Notes: a model not told the origin generated them from the sequence alone. Counted from the first letter of the stretch, positions 1 through 9,448 are shown. The stretch is DNA of 32,000 nucleotides from Microcystis aeruginosa NIES-843 (GCF_000010625.1 NC_010296.1:1-32000); one strand, 5' to 3'. A program made the numbers and translations.

Positions 1-972
1 ATGATCCCAACAACTTCTTTATTCGCACCCGTTGACGATGATCTCCGTCTTTTGACCAATAACTTAAAAAACCTCGTCGGCGCTCGTCATCCCATTTTAG
101 CGGCGGCAGCAGAACATTTGTTCGAGGCCGGTGGTAAACGCGTTCGACCGGCGATCGTGTTGTTAGTGTCTCGCGCCACTATGTTAGACCGGGATATCAC
201 TCCCCGTCATCGTCGATTAGCGGAAATCACGGAGATGATCCACACTGCCAGTCTCGTCCATGATGATGTGGTAGATGAGGCAGAACTGCGGCGCCGTGTT
301 CCCACCGTTAACAGTTTATTTGACAATCGCGTGGCGGTTTTAGCGGGGGATTTTCTTTTCGCTCAATCCTCTTGGTATCTAGCAAATTTAGATAATTTAG
401 AAGTGGTAAAATTGCTCTCAGAAGTGATTCGCGATTTTGCTGAAGGGGAAATTCAACAGGGAATTAATCGCTTTGATACCAGTATCTCCTTGGCAGCTTA
501 TCTAGAAAAAAGTTACTACAAAACTGCTTCTTTAATTGCCAACAGTGCCAAAGCGGCCGGGGTATTAAGCGAGCAATCGGCTGAAGTTAATCATCATTTA
601 TATAATTATGGTCGCGATTTAGGATTAGCTTTTCAAATCGTCGATGATATTCTCGATTTTACCTCCCCTACGGAAGTATTAGGAAAACCCTCTGGCTCCG
701 ATTTGATCAGTGGTAATATCACCGCTCCCGCTCTCTTTGCCATGGAGGAAAATTCCTATATAGAAGTGTTAATCGAGCGGGAATTTAGTCAGGAAGGAGA
801 CATCGAAAAAGCTCTTGATTTTATTCACTCTAGCCAAGGTATTCCTCGCTCAAAAGAATTAGCCGATCAATACGGTCAAAGTGCCTTAAAACACCTTGAA
901 TGTTTAGCTTCTTCTCCCTCAAAAGATGTGTTAATCGAGCTAGTAGATTACGTTTTGAGCCGAATTTATTAG
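1..972 (+). CDS. sds: all-trans polyprenyl (solanesyl) diphosphate synthase
   Basis: 323-aa ORF with both trans-prenyltransferase Asp-rich motifs (LVHDDVVDE and QIVDDILDF). Length matches cyanobacterial Sds. Confidence 0.85.
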   Translation: MIPTTSLFAPVDDDLRLLTNNLKNLVGARHPILAAAAEHLFEAGGKRVRPAIVLLVSRATMLDRDITPRHRRLAEITEMIHTASLVHDDVVDEAELRRRVPTVNSLFDNRVAVLAGDFLFAQSSWYLANLDNLEVVKLLSEVIRDFAEGEIQQGINRFDTSISLAAYLEKSYYKTASLIANSAKAAGVLSEQSAEVNHHLYNYGRDLGLAFQIVDDILDFTSPTEVLGKPSGSDLISGNITAPALFAMEENSYIEVLIEREFSQEGDIEKALDFIHSSQGIPRSKELADQYGQSALKHLECLASSPSKDVLIELVDYVLSRIY

Positions 973-1514
973 GGAATAATAGTTCTCGCCGTAGCAATAG
1001 TCCAAGCATCGACTAATAATAAAAATAGGGTGAGAATAAAAAGAATTCCATACATCCAAGGCTGAGAAAGGGGGCGAATATCAGTCATATCCAAGTTAGT
1101 TTTTTCCGCGATTATTTTGACCATGCGATTAAATCCCACTACTCGCATCGGCAATAAATAGGCTTTTTCCGAGGAGCGATCAAGGAAATAATAAACTAAA
1201 CCACCCTGTCCTGTACTGCGACATTTAAGTTCTTTTATATCTGTCCAATTTAACCACCAACCAGAGCGAAGAAAAGCAGGAAACCATTGGGGATAGGTAA
1301 CTTGTATCCCTGTTTCTGATAAAATAACTCTTTCACTTAAAGCTCCGTATAAAGCGATTAATCCTAAGCTAATTCCTCCCCAGAGAAAATTGGGATTAAC
1401 AGGGGAATTAGTGACTTTTGCTAAAAAGGGTAAAGGGATGGTTAACGCCACATATAAACTTAATAAAGTTACCCGAATTACTGGTGATATCCGAAAAGTT
1501 ATTGTCTCGTTCAT
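969..1514 (-). CDS. hypothetical integral membrane protein
   Basis: 181-aa ORF with several hydrophobic segments. Its stop overlaps the sds stop region. No recognisable catalytic motif. Confidence 0.5.
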   Translation of the reverse strand: MNETITFRISPVIRVTLLSLYVALTIPLPFLAKVTNSPVNPNFLWGGISLGLIALYGALSERVILSETGIQVTYPQWFPAFLRSGWWLNWTDIKELKCRSTGQGGLVYYFLDRSSEKAYLLPMRVVGFNRMVKIIAEKTNLDMTDIRPLSQPWMYGILFILTLFLLLVDAWTIATARTIIP

Positions 1515-1528
1515 TTGATAACCTTAAT

Positions 1529-1549
1529 CAGTAAACAGTAAACAGTGAA
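1529..1549. repeat. heptamer tandem repeat CAGTAAA CAGTAAA CAGTGAA
   Basis: Read directly from the sequence. Same CAGTnAn heptamer family as the longer arrays at 3659 and 24894. Confidence 0.7.
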
Positions 1550-1615
1550 AAGAAGGCTCCGAACTGGCCACTTAATACTTTAACACTTTAATACTTAATA
1601 CTGTTCACTGAAAAC

Positions 1616-1951
1616 TCAAAACTGATCACTGATCACTGAGTCTCCTTGTCCCCAAAAACCATCGTATTTAGTAACTTCGATATCACCAAAAACTTTGACT
1701 TGACAAGCAAGACGACGGTTATTATCGGGGTTATGGGGAGGTAAAGAAAGACGCGCTTTTTCCTGCCAATTGATAGCAGAAACTTCGCCCACAATTGCCA
1801 CCGCACAGGTTCCACAGCTACCGATGCCGCGACAATTGATCAACTTGGAAGCGCCATTATACAAAGAAATGTCATGTTTTAATAATATACGACGGAGATT
1901 TTCACCTCGATCGCAGGTGATTGTTTGACCGTAAACTGTTATTCTAGGCAT
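1616..1951 (-). CDS. 2Fe-2S ferredoxin-like protein
   Basis: 111-aa ORF with plant-type cluster ligand pattern CRGIGSCGTC...C (C-x5-C-x2-C plus distal RLACQ). The last residues (SVISDQF) are encoded by the ACTGATC heptamer repeat. Confidence 0.7.
   Translation of the reverse strand: MPRITVYGQTITCDRGENLRRILLKHDISLYNGASKLINCRGIGSCGTCAVAIVGEVSAINWQEKARLSLPPHNPDNNRRLACQVKVFGDIEVTKYDGFWGQGDSVISDQF
1621..1641. repeat. heptamer tandem repeat ACTGATC ACTGATC ACTGAGT
   Basis: Read directly. It is the reverse-complement orientation of the CAGTnAn family and overlaps the 3-prime end of the ferredoxin-like ORF. Confidence 0.7.
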
Positions 1952-2013
1952 TAGGGACGTGATTTTAACTTGCTACAGTTATTAATTAATATTAACACCT
2001 ATTGACTATTTAT

Positions 2014-3654
2014 ATGAACAATGGTAAGCGCATTTGGGTCTATGACACTACTCTCCGGGACGGGGCCCAGCGAGAAGGTATTTCCCTCTCCCTCGAAGAT
2101 AAAATTAAAATCGCCAGGGAATTAGATAGAATGGGTATTCCTTTTATCGAAGGCGGTTGGCCGGGCGCAAACCCTAGAGACGGTCAATTTTTCTGGAAAC
2201 TGCACGAAGAACCCCTAAAACAAGCGGAATTAGTCGCTTTTTGTTCCACGCGTCGCCCCCATGTCGAGGCCCGGGAAGATCGGATGTTAACCGCCATTCT
2301 CGCCGCTAGAACCCGTTGGGTGACAATTTTCGGCAAATCTTGGGATCTGCACGTCACAGAGGGCTTAAAAACCAGTCTGGAGGAGAATTTAGCCATGATA
2401 GGAGATACGATCGAGTATCTACGCTGTCAGGGAAGACGAGTCATTTATGATGCCGAACATTGGTTTGATGGTTACAAAAATAACCCCGAATACGCCCTTT
2501 TAACCCTCAAAACCGCCAGGGCTGCTGGGGCCGAATGGTTAGTTTTCTGTGATACCAACGGTGGCACTTTACCCCAAGAAATCGCCCCCATTGTGGAGAA
2601 AGTGCGGCAGCAATTGGGCATCGATCCCGATGAGGAAAATGCGCCTCAATTAGGCATCCATGCCCATAATGACGCAGGAACGGCCGTGGCTAACTCCTTA
2701 GCGGCAGTTAACGAGGGCGCACGCATGATTCAAGGCACAATTAACGGTTATGGGGAACGCTGCGGCAATGCCAATTTATGTACTTTAATTCCCAATCTTC
2801 AGTTAAAAATGGGCTTTTCTTGCCTAGAAGAAAATCAATTAGGCCGATTGACGGGAACTAGCCGAAAAATCAGCGAAATGGTCAATTTAGCCCCGGATGA
2901 TCATGCTCCCTTCGTCGGACGCTCCGCTTTTGCCCATAAAGGCGGCATTCACGTTTCTGCGGTGGCGAAAAATCCCCTAACCTACGAACATATTAACCCG
3001 GAAGCGATCGGGAATCAGCGCCGCATCGTCATTTCTGACCAATCGGGATTAAGTAATGTGTTAGCGAAAGCGCGTAGTTTTGGCATCGATTTAAATAAAG
3101 ATGATCCCACCTGTCGGCAAATTTTGGAACGTTTAAAAATCTTGGAAAGTGAGGGTTATCAATTTGAGGCAGCCGAAGCTAGTTTTGAGTTATTAATGCG
3201 GGAAGCTTTGGGACAGAGAAGCCACCTTTTTGAATTAAAAGGATTCCAAGTTTATTGTGATATGCTGCGGGATAGTGGTAATGCGATCGCTACAATTAAA
3301 GTACGGGTAAAAGAGGAAGATTTATTAGAAGTGGCCGAGGGTAACGGGCCTGTGGCTGCTTTAGATCTGGCTTTAAGAAAGGCTTTAGTCAAATTCTATC
3401 CCGAAATTGCTAACTTTCACCTGACCGATTATAAAGTGAGAATCCTCGATAGTGGTTCGGGGACGGCAGCGAAAACTAGGGTTTTAATCGAGTCGAGTAA
3501 CGGTCAACAAAGATGGACTACCGTGGGAGTGTCTAGTAATATTTTGGAAGCTTCCTATCAAGCAGTGGTGGAAGGAATTGAATACGGTTTATATCTGCTG
3601 CAAAACAATAAACTAGAATTATCGGGTCAATTTTGTCCTTTGGGGATAATTTAG
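2014..3654 (+). CDS. cimA: (R)-citramalate synthase (LeuA/CimA family)
   Basis: N-terminus VYDTTLRDGAQREG and EGGWPGANPRD are CimA-type rather than LeuA-type, and a C-terminal LeuA-dimer-like region is present. ATG at 2014 is preferred over the TTG at 2002 that opens the tracked ORF. Confidence 0.8.
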   Translation: MNNGKRIWVYDTTLRDGAQREGISLSLEDKIKIARELDRMGIPFIEGGWPGANPRDGQFFWKLHEEPLKQAELVAFCSTRRPHVEAREDRMLTAILAARTRWVTIFGKSWDLHVTEGLKTSLEENLAMIGDTIEYLRCQGRRVIYDAEHWFDGYKNNPEYALLTLKTARAAGAEWLVFCDTNGGTLPQEIAPIVEKVRQQLGIDPDEENAPQLGIHAHNDAGTAVANSLAAVNEGARMIQGTINGYGERCGNANLCTLIPNLQLKMGFSCLEENQLGRLTGTSRKISEMVNLAPDDHAPFVGRSAFAHKGGIHVSAVAKNPLTYEHINPEAIGNQRRIVISDQSGLSNVLAKARSFGIDLNKDDPTCRQILERLKILESEGYQFEAAEASFELLMREALGQRSHLFELKGFQVYCDMLRDSGNAIATIKVRVKEEDLLEVAEGNGPVAALDLALRKALVKFYPEIANFHLTDYKVRILDSGSGTAAKTRVLIESSNGQQRWTTVGVSSNILEASYQAVVEGIEYGLYLLQNNKLELSGQFCPLGII

Positions 3655-3658
3655 GGAA

Positions 3659-3696
3659 CAGTTATCAGTTATCAGTTATCAGTTATCAGTTATCAG
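3659..3696. repeat. (CAGTTAT)x5 heptamer tandem array
   Basis: Five perfect units plus CAG, 5 nt after the cimA stop. Followed by CCCCACA/CCCTACA heptamers at about 3705-3727. Confidence 0.9.
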
Positions 3697-3757
3697 ATTT
3701 TTTATCCCCACACCCTACACCCCACTTCCTGCTCCCCTTTCTGGGATTGAATGTTTC

Positions 3758-4252
3758 CTAGGATAATAATCTAGTGACGACAGAATTTTGCCAACGACGA
3801 GCCAAGGCCCGCAGATACATATTAACGGGAAACTGATAATATTCGATCATTAACCAGAGTAAACAAATAGCATGACAAACAAAGGTTAAAATCGACCAAA
3901 ATAGAGGCACCCATGACAAAGGACTCCCCTCGACTGGAGGAAAAAGATAGGCCCCCGTAGCCACAATTGCCGTGGGAAAAATCACAAATCCTAAACCGAT
4001 AATTAAGTAAAAACCTGCCATCTCCATTCCTTCTCTCGGTAAACCCTGCCAATACTTACCATTCCAATACCAAGTTAAGGGTAATTGACTATCGGCCATT
4101 TTTAAAACTTGTTGTTCTAAATTAGCAGTAAAAATGTGTTGACAAAAGTTACAAGCATAGGCTTCCATGAGTGGTAAAGCGGCAATTTTACCATGGCGAC
4201 AGACGGGACAAGAATAGGTATCGTGATAGTTTAATTGGGTTGGATCGGTCAT
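3758..4252 (-). CDS. hypothetical zinc-ribbon membrane protein
   Basis: 164-aa ORF with N-terminal CPVC...CNFC (two CxxC pairs) followed by hydrophobic helices. Confidence 0.5.
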   Translation of the reverse strand: MTDPTQLNYHDTYSCPVCRHGKIAALPLMEAYACNFCQHIFTANLEQQVLKMADSQLPLTWYWNGKYWQGLPREGMEMAGFYLIIGLGFVIFPTAIVATGAYLFPPVEGSPLSWVPLFWSILTFVCHAICLLWLMIEYYQFPVNMYLRALARRWQNSVVTRLLS

Positions 4253-4540
4253 GGTTAATGTGAGTGAGAGTAAAAAAGGCCATTGCAGATACAGCAGTTA
4301 TCTTAGTGGTAAGGTACAAAGTTTTCTTTTTGGGGAACGGGGAACAGTAGCTGGTCGTCCAGAAATGATAATTTAACCATATCTGGGTCGAGGAAGTTCG
4401 AGCATTTGTACTAAAAATTCCCCGACGCAGTTTAAATGCAGTACAACCCAGCACATCTCAACTGTATCTTAGTCGCCGATTTCCAGATAATTTGCCTCTC
4501 AGTCCCGCTACTGCCAGAAAAATTGCTATTTAGTCCTTCT

Positions 4541-5341
4541 TTACTTTAAGTTAAGAAACTTATCTAAGGCTAGAACCATATTTGGCGGCCAACGGCGCAC
4601 GCTTTTTACCCAATCGAGGTCTTGATAGCGGGTATCCATGCCGACGGCGGCTACCCAATTGCTTTCCGCCTCTCCCTGTTGTCCTTGTGTCCATAAAACG
4701 GCGCTTAAGGCCGCTCTGACATCGGGAAACATGGGGTATTTGCGGGCAATATTCCGCATTTTTTGGACTGCTTCTGGATATCTGCCCAATTCGTACAGGG
4801 CCAGAGCCAGATTAGCTTGCGCCCAGGCAAAATTCGGGGCTAGTTGAGTGGCTTGGCGATAGTCTTTGACGGCGGCTTCCCAGTCCCCTAAACCGCCTTC
4901 GGCGTTGCCGCGATTGTTATAGGCAAAGGCATCATTGGGATCCAGTTCTAAAACTTTATTATAATCGGCGATCGCTTCTTGATATTTGCCTTCTCCCTCT
5001 AAAGCGGTGCCGCGATTGAGGTAGGGATCGGGGGCATCGGGGGCAATGGCGATCGCTTGGTTAAAATCAGCGATCGCATCCTCTAATTTATTGAGACTGA
5101 CTCTGGCATTGCCGCGATTACTCCAGACGGCGGGATTAGTGGGGAATTTGGCGACTAATTGGGTCCAATAGCTTTCGGCCTGGGCGTAATCCCCTTTTTC
5201 TGTGGCTTCTAGGGCTTTTTCGGCGATAACTTCCCCTTCTCTAATCTGTTCTTCGCTAATAGTCGGGCTATCGGCATAAGCCGCTATGGGTAGGGCAAAA
5301 AAGAGCAATAGACTCAATACACAAGCGGTGATCCAACGCAT
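4541..5341 (-). CDS. TPR repeat protein with N-terminal signal peptide
   Basis: 266 aa with a hydrophobic N-terminus (LLLFFALPIAAYA). Repeated 34-aa A..Y/N.G/A..P units are typical of TPR. Confidence 0.8.
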   Translation of the reverse strand: MRWITACVLSLLLFFALPIAAYADSPTISEEQIREGEVIAEKALEATEKGDYAQAESYWTQLVAKFPTNPAVWSNRGNARVSLNKLEDAIADFNQAIAIAPDAPDPYLNRGTALEGEGKYQEAIADYNKVLELDPNDAFAYNNRGNAEGGLGDWEAAVKDYRQATQLAPNFAWAQANLALALYELGRYPEAVQKMRNIARKYPMFPDVRAALSAVLWTQGQQGEAESNWVAAVGMDTRYQDLDWVKSVRRWPPNMVLALDKFLNLK

Positions 5342-5383
5342 AATTACTTCATAATTTGTTACTTAATCTTTTCTCAATCTACC

Positions 5384-5917
5384 CTACTTAGGTGAACTCT
5401 GCTCTAGATAGTCTTGATAGCCTAGTCGTTGAAGATTGCTTTGTTTTTCGAGGACGGAATCGGTGAGGGATTGACGATAGGCGATAACTTGCTCTAAAAG
5501 ATCGGCATTACCGGTGGCGAGAATTTGAACCGCTAAAAGTCCGGCATTTTTGGCATTACCGATCGCCACCGTGGCCACGGGAATGCCTGCGGGCATCTGT
5601 ACAATTGAATAGAGAGAGTCTAACCCTTGTAAAGTGCGCGTGACTACGGGAACCCCAATCACGGGTAAGGGGGTTAAAGATGCCACCATCCCAGGTAAAT
5701 GGGCAGCGCCGCCGGCTCCGGCGATAATCACTTTTATTCCCCTCCTATGAGCGTTTTTGGCGTATTCAAACATTTTTTCGGGGGTACGATGGGCCGAGAC
5801 GATGGCGACTTCGTGGCTAATCTGAAAAACCTCTAAAACTGCGATCGCTTCTTTCATGGTGGGTAAGTCGGAATCACTGCCCATAATTACACCCACTAGG
5901 GGCGCTGCTGTCACCAT
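5384..5917 (-). CDS. purE: N5-carboxyaminoimidazole ribonucleotide mutase
   Basis: 177 aa with [19 protein letters not shown] and [10 protein letters not shown], the hallmark PurE motifs. Confidence 0.9.
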   Translation of the reverse strand: MVTAAPLVGVIMGSDSDLPTMKEAIAVLEVFQISHEVAIVSAHRTPEKMFEYAKNAHRRGIKVIIAGAGGAAHLPGMVASLTPLPVIGVPVVTRTLQGLDSLYSIVQMPAGIPVATVAIGNAKNAGLLAVQILATGNADLLEQVIAYRQSLTDSVLEKQSNLQRLGYQDYLEQSSPK

Positions 5918-5941
5918 AGTTACTAGAAAATAATATTTCCC

Positions 5942-6643
5942 CTAAATTGTATCGGGATCGATGCCTAATTCTCGCAATTTTTGGGCCAATTTTTCCTTAG
6001 CTTGTCGTTCCCTTTCTTTCTCTAAAAGAGCCTGTTCTTTTGCCTGTCGTTGCTGTAACTCAGCTTCTTGAGGAGTGGGGACTAATTGACCATCGGCGGT
6101 AAAATAACGCAGTTTACGGTCAAATATACCTAAATATAATCCTAACTGTTCACTCCATAAATAACCTTGGTCATTGGGAGAAATGGCTTGATATTGTCCC
6201 CCAATTAGTCTAAATCCCTGCAATTCTAAACTATTGGGATCGAACCAAAAATAATTAGGAGTGCGAAAGGTATTCTGATAGAGAATTTTCTTGTTATTGC
6301 GGTCAATATTGGCCGTAGAATCGGAAAGAATCTCGACAATTACATCGGGATATTTACCCTGTTCTCCCCAGACTACCCAACTTTTGCGGGGACGTTTTTC
6401 GGTATCTAAAACCACAAAAAAATCGGGACCCCAGAAATCACGTTTTTTTAGTTGTTCCGCTTTGTAGTAGATGGTTAGATTTCCCGAAGCGTAGTAATCA
6501 CTCCTCTCGCGCCATAATAATTCTAGACAACTAAGGAGAATGATGATCTGTTGCAGGTGTAGATCACTTGCCAAGGGTGGTTCATCACTCCATAAATCTG
6601 TGGGGAGATAGGTGACATCTGGGATCATGTCTAGGGCTGTCAT
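5942..6643 (-). CDS. Uma2 (DUF820) family PD-(D/E)xK endonuclease-like protein
   Basis: 233 aa with GPDFFVV and PDVIVEILS motifs in Uma2-typical spacing, plus a C-terminal charged coiled-coil tail. Confidence 0.75.
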   Translation of the reverse strand: MTALDMIPDVTYLPTDLWSDEPPLASDLHLQQIIILLSCLELLWRERSDYYASGNLTIYYKAEQLKKRDFWGPDFFVVLDTEKRPRKSWVVWGEQGKYPDVIVEILSDSTANIDRNNKKILYQNTFRTPNYFWFDPNSLELQGFRLIGGQYQAISPNDQGYLWSEQLGLYLGIFDRKLRYFTADGQLVPTPQEAELQQRQAKEQALLEKERERQAKEKLAQKLRELGIDPDTI

Positions 6644-6832
6644 GACTTTTCCCGGTATTTTAGGATTGATTAATTGTAGCTTTTTCTCACTACTTTAGAG
6701 ATGGTGCTGGGGGATTTTTGCCCCTAACTTAATCCTATACCTTGACCGATCGCCTTCGGCACTTTATCCTAGCGCCATCGGCAAATATGTTAAAACTTCT
6801 ATACAATAGCGCCAATAAGCCCGATAACAACG

Positions 6833-8626
6833 ATGACTGAAACCTTAATTCAACCTGCCACCCTAGTAGAACTCTTACGTTACCGCGCCACGGCACAACC
6901 AGAGGGCCATGCCTACACTTTTCTTATCGATGGTAAAAAAGAAACCCCACCTTTAACCTACAGTGAACTCGATCGCCAAGCAAGAGCAATCGCCGCCTAT
7001 TTGCAAAAATACCAGGCCCAAGGGGAACGCGCCCTATTACTCTATCCTCAAAGTTTAGAAGTAGTGGCCGCTTTTTGTGGTTGTCTCTACGCGGGAGTGA
7101 TTGCCATTCCCGTCCCCCCACCGGAATCGGGACGACTTAAGCGCACTTTGCCCCGTTTACGAGCAATTGTCAAGGATGCTAATGCCACCTTTGCCCTAGT
7201 TACCGAAAGTATTCTGACTCTTATTGAAGGTGTTAAGGAAGAATTTCCAGAATTCGACCAAATGAAGTGGATTACTACCGAAAGTATTGATATTTCCCTG
7301 GCGGACCAATGGCAAGATCCCCAGGTGGATAAATCGGCGCTTGCTTATCTGCAATATACCTCCGGTTCGACTAATATCCCCAAAGGGGTGATGCTAAGTC
7401 ATTTTAACCTGATGCACCATTGCGGTTACTTGCAAAAAGCTTGTGGTTACGAACCGGATAGCGTTACCCTAACTTGGATGCCCTATTTTCACGATTACGG
7501 GTTAGTCGAAGGTATCACCGTCCCCCTCTACAACGGTACACCCTGCTATCTCATGTCTCCCTTTGCTTTTATTAAGCGTCCGATGCAGTGGTTAAAAAAT
7601 ATTACTAAGTACAAAGTTACTCATAGTCAGGCCCCCAACTTCGCCTATGATCTTTGTACTCGCAGGATTAAAGCTGCCGATTTAGCGGAATTAGACCTGA
7701 GCAGTTGGCAGGCCGCGGGAAATGCCGCCGAACCGATTAATCCGAAGGTCATGGCCAAATTTGTCGATACTTTTGCAGATTACGGCTTTTCTTGGCAAAC
7801 TTTCGCCCCTGCCTACGGATTAGCTGAATATACCCTCTTGATTTCCAATAAACCCAAGGGAACCACCCCAATTATCACCGCTTTGGATGCAACCGCCTAC
7901 GAACGCGGTAAAATTGTCCCTGTAGGCTCCGATCGAACCACGGGAGTTAGATACGTCCCCAGTTGTGGTCGTCGCGTCTGTGATACCCGTATAGCTATGG
8001 TTAATCCCGATACTTTCACCCTTTGTGCAGCCGATGAAGTGGGCGAAATTTGGGCCAGTGACCCCAGTATGGCCGCTGGATATTGGCAACGGGAAGACGC
8101 AACCAAAGAGACTTTTCAAGCTTATCTTGCCGATACAGGAGAAGGACCGTTTTTACGCACCGGAGATTTAGGTTTTCTTCTCGATGGGGAATTACATATC
8201 ACGGGACGGATTAAGGATTTAATTATTGTCCGTGGCAGTAATCATTATCCCCAAGATTTAGAATGGTCAGTACAGCATCTTAATGAGGTTTTTCGTCCCG
8301 ATTATGGTGCCGCTTTTTCTATTGAAGATAACGGGGAAGAACAGTTAGTTATTGTCCAGGAATTGGAACGTCGCATCGGTGAGTTAGATACGGCTAAATT
8401 AATCGCTGATATTCGTCAAGAAATCGCCGAAGAACACGAAATTATGACCCATGCCATTGTTTTGGCTAAATCGGGAACAATTCTCAAAACTGCCAGTGGC
8501 AAAATTCAACGCCGCGCTATTAAACAGAATTTTCTCAATGGTAATATGAGTGTTATCGATGCTTGGTCAGAAAATCCTCAGTTAGTTAGTAAATTCGATC
8601 GCTCTAATTCTGCAACAGAAGCATAG
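6833..8626 (+). CDS. fatty acyl-AMP ligase (FAAL, adenylate-forming superfamily)
   Basis: 597 aa with YLQYTSGSTNIPKGVMLSH (A3 motif), GRIKDLIIVRGSNHYPQDLE and SGKIQRR. The length and motif wording are those of FadD32-like FAALs. Confidence 0.85.
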   Translation: MTETLIQPATLVELLRYRATAQPEGHAYTFLIDGKKETPPLTYSELDRQARAIAAYLQKYQAQGERALLLYPQSLEVVAAFCGCLYAGVIAIPVPPPESGRLKRTLPRLRAIVKDANATFALVTESILTLIEGVKEEFPEFDQMKWITTESIDISLADQWQDPQVDKSALAYLQYTSGSTNIPKGVMLSHFNLMHHCGYLQKACGYEPDSVTLTWMPYFHDYGLVEGITVPLYNGTPCYLMSPFAFIKRPMQWLKNITKYKVTHSQAPNFAYDLCTRRIKAADLAELDLSSWQAAGNAAEPINPKVMAKFVDTFADYGFSWQTFAPAYGLAEYTLLISNKPKGTTPIITALDATAYERGKIVPVGSDRTTGVRYVPSCGRRVCDTRIAMVNPDTFTLCAADEVGEIWASDPSMAAGYWQREDATKETFQAYLADTGEGPFLRTGDLGFLLDGELHITGRIKDLIIVRGSNHYPQDLEWSVQHLNEVFRPDYGAAFSIEDNGEEQLVIVQELERRIGELDTAKLIADIRQEIAEEHEIMTHAIVLAKSGTILKTASGKIQRRAIKQNFLNGNMSVIDAWSENPQLVSKFDRSNSATEA

Positions 8627-8710
8627 TTTTTCGGGTGGGCATTGCTCACCCGATCGAGGATAACTAATCGTGTTAGGATTAGGTTAGGGATTAAAGTTAG
8701 GGAGAAAGTG

Positions 8711-8953
8711 ATGTTAACTCAACTGATGGTCAAGCCCTCTTCCTGGATTGAAAAAGGAATTAAGCTATCGCCAGTAAGGGAAAATTATCTTTTTAAATTC
8801 ACCGAGGAATTGCAGTGTCGATTGGAGGAACTACGGGAACTAGAAAAAAATTCCCAACTTAATTCTCAAGAAACCGCAGAATTGGCCGGTATTTTAGAGT
8901 TAAACGAAATTTTCACGCTGTTAAATGCGCGAATAGTTGCTGAATCTAAATGA
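8711..8953 (+). CDS. small hypothetical protein, translationally coupled to the HNH gene
   Basis: 80-aa reading from ATG 8711, which has GGGAG 6 nt upstream. Its stop overlaps the HNH start in ATGA. The tracked ORF start at 8642 is a TTG lying in the hairpin region. Confidence 0.45.
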   Translation: MLTQLMVKPSSWIEKGIKLSPVRENYLFKFTEELQCRLEELRELEKNSQLNSQETAELAGILELNEIFTLLNARIVAESK

Positions 8954-9396
8954 TTAGTATCACAACTCGATTACAAGTCCGAGCAAGAGCCAACTATCTG
9001 TGTGAATACTGTCATTCTCCAGAAGAAATTAGTGCCGCATTATTTGAAGTAGATCACATTCAGCCCAAATCTTTAGGAGGCAAAGATGAATTGGCAAACT
9101 TAGCTTTAGCTTGCCAAAGATGTAACAGATATCGCTACAATTTTATCAAGGCAATTGATCCGAAAACAGAACAAGAAGTAGAAATATTCAATCCGCGCCA
9201 ACAGCATTGGCAAGAACATTTTATCTGGACACCAGATGCTTTAAAAATAGTGGGACTTACTCCCATCGCTAGGGCAACTATTGAACGTTTGGACTTAAAT
9301 GATGACAATCATAATGAAGGTTTTATCGTTAAAGTTCGTCGATTATGGATCCGGGGAGGTTGGCATCCACCCAGCACCGATAAAAAACAGGAATAA
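8950..9396 (+). CDS. HNH endonuclease
   Basis: 148 aa with CEYC...VDHIQPKSLGG...NLALACQRCN, giving the HNH core and two CxxC pairs. Confidence 0.8.
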   Translation: MISITTRLQVRARANYLCEYCHSPEEISAALFEVDHIQPKSLGGKDELANLALACQRCNRYRYNFIKAIDPKTEQEVEIFNPRQQHWQEHFIWTPDALKIVGLTPIARATIERLDLNDDNHNEGFIVKVRRLWIRGGWHPPSTDKKQE

Positions 9397-9448
9397 TAGC
9401 TTATTTTTATCTAGGTAAATGAGCTTCAATTAAGTTTTTTTCCAGAAC

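Noticed and set aside
1633-1815. Antisense or overlapping ORFs: 1633-1815, 2184-2396, 3822-4052, 4638-4847, 6924-7121, 7820-8119, 7897-8106, 11010-11273, 11232-11456, 12462-12656, 14319-14540
   Set aside because: Each lies inside or antisense to a well-supported gene with clear family motifs. Their sequences are low-complexity or R/S/G-rich, as is typical of shadow ORFs.
4253-4540. 288-bp non-coding gap (with the 88-aa ORF 4188-4454) as a possible ncRNA or riboswitch
   Set aside because: I could not recognise any conserved riboswitch or sRNA core or a convincing terminator. The 88-aa ORF has odd composition and overlaps the neighbouring gene start.
6833-8626. FAAL as part of an NRPS/PKS biosynthetic gene cluster
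   Set aside because: No carrier protein, KS, C or A domain ORFs occur within the surrounding 5 kb. It is reported as an orphan instead.
8642-8710. 103-aa version of the small ORF starting at TTG 8642
   Set aside because: The upstream part overlaps the post-FAAL hairpin and encodes a low-complexity R/I/G-rich peptide. ATG 8711 has a proper GGGAG spacing.
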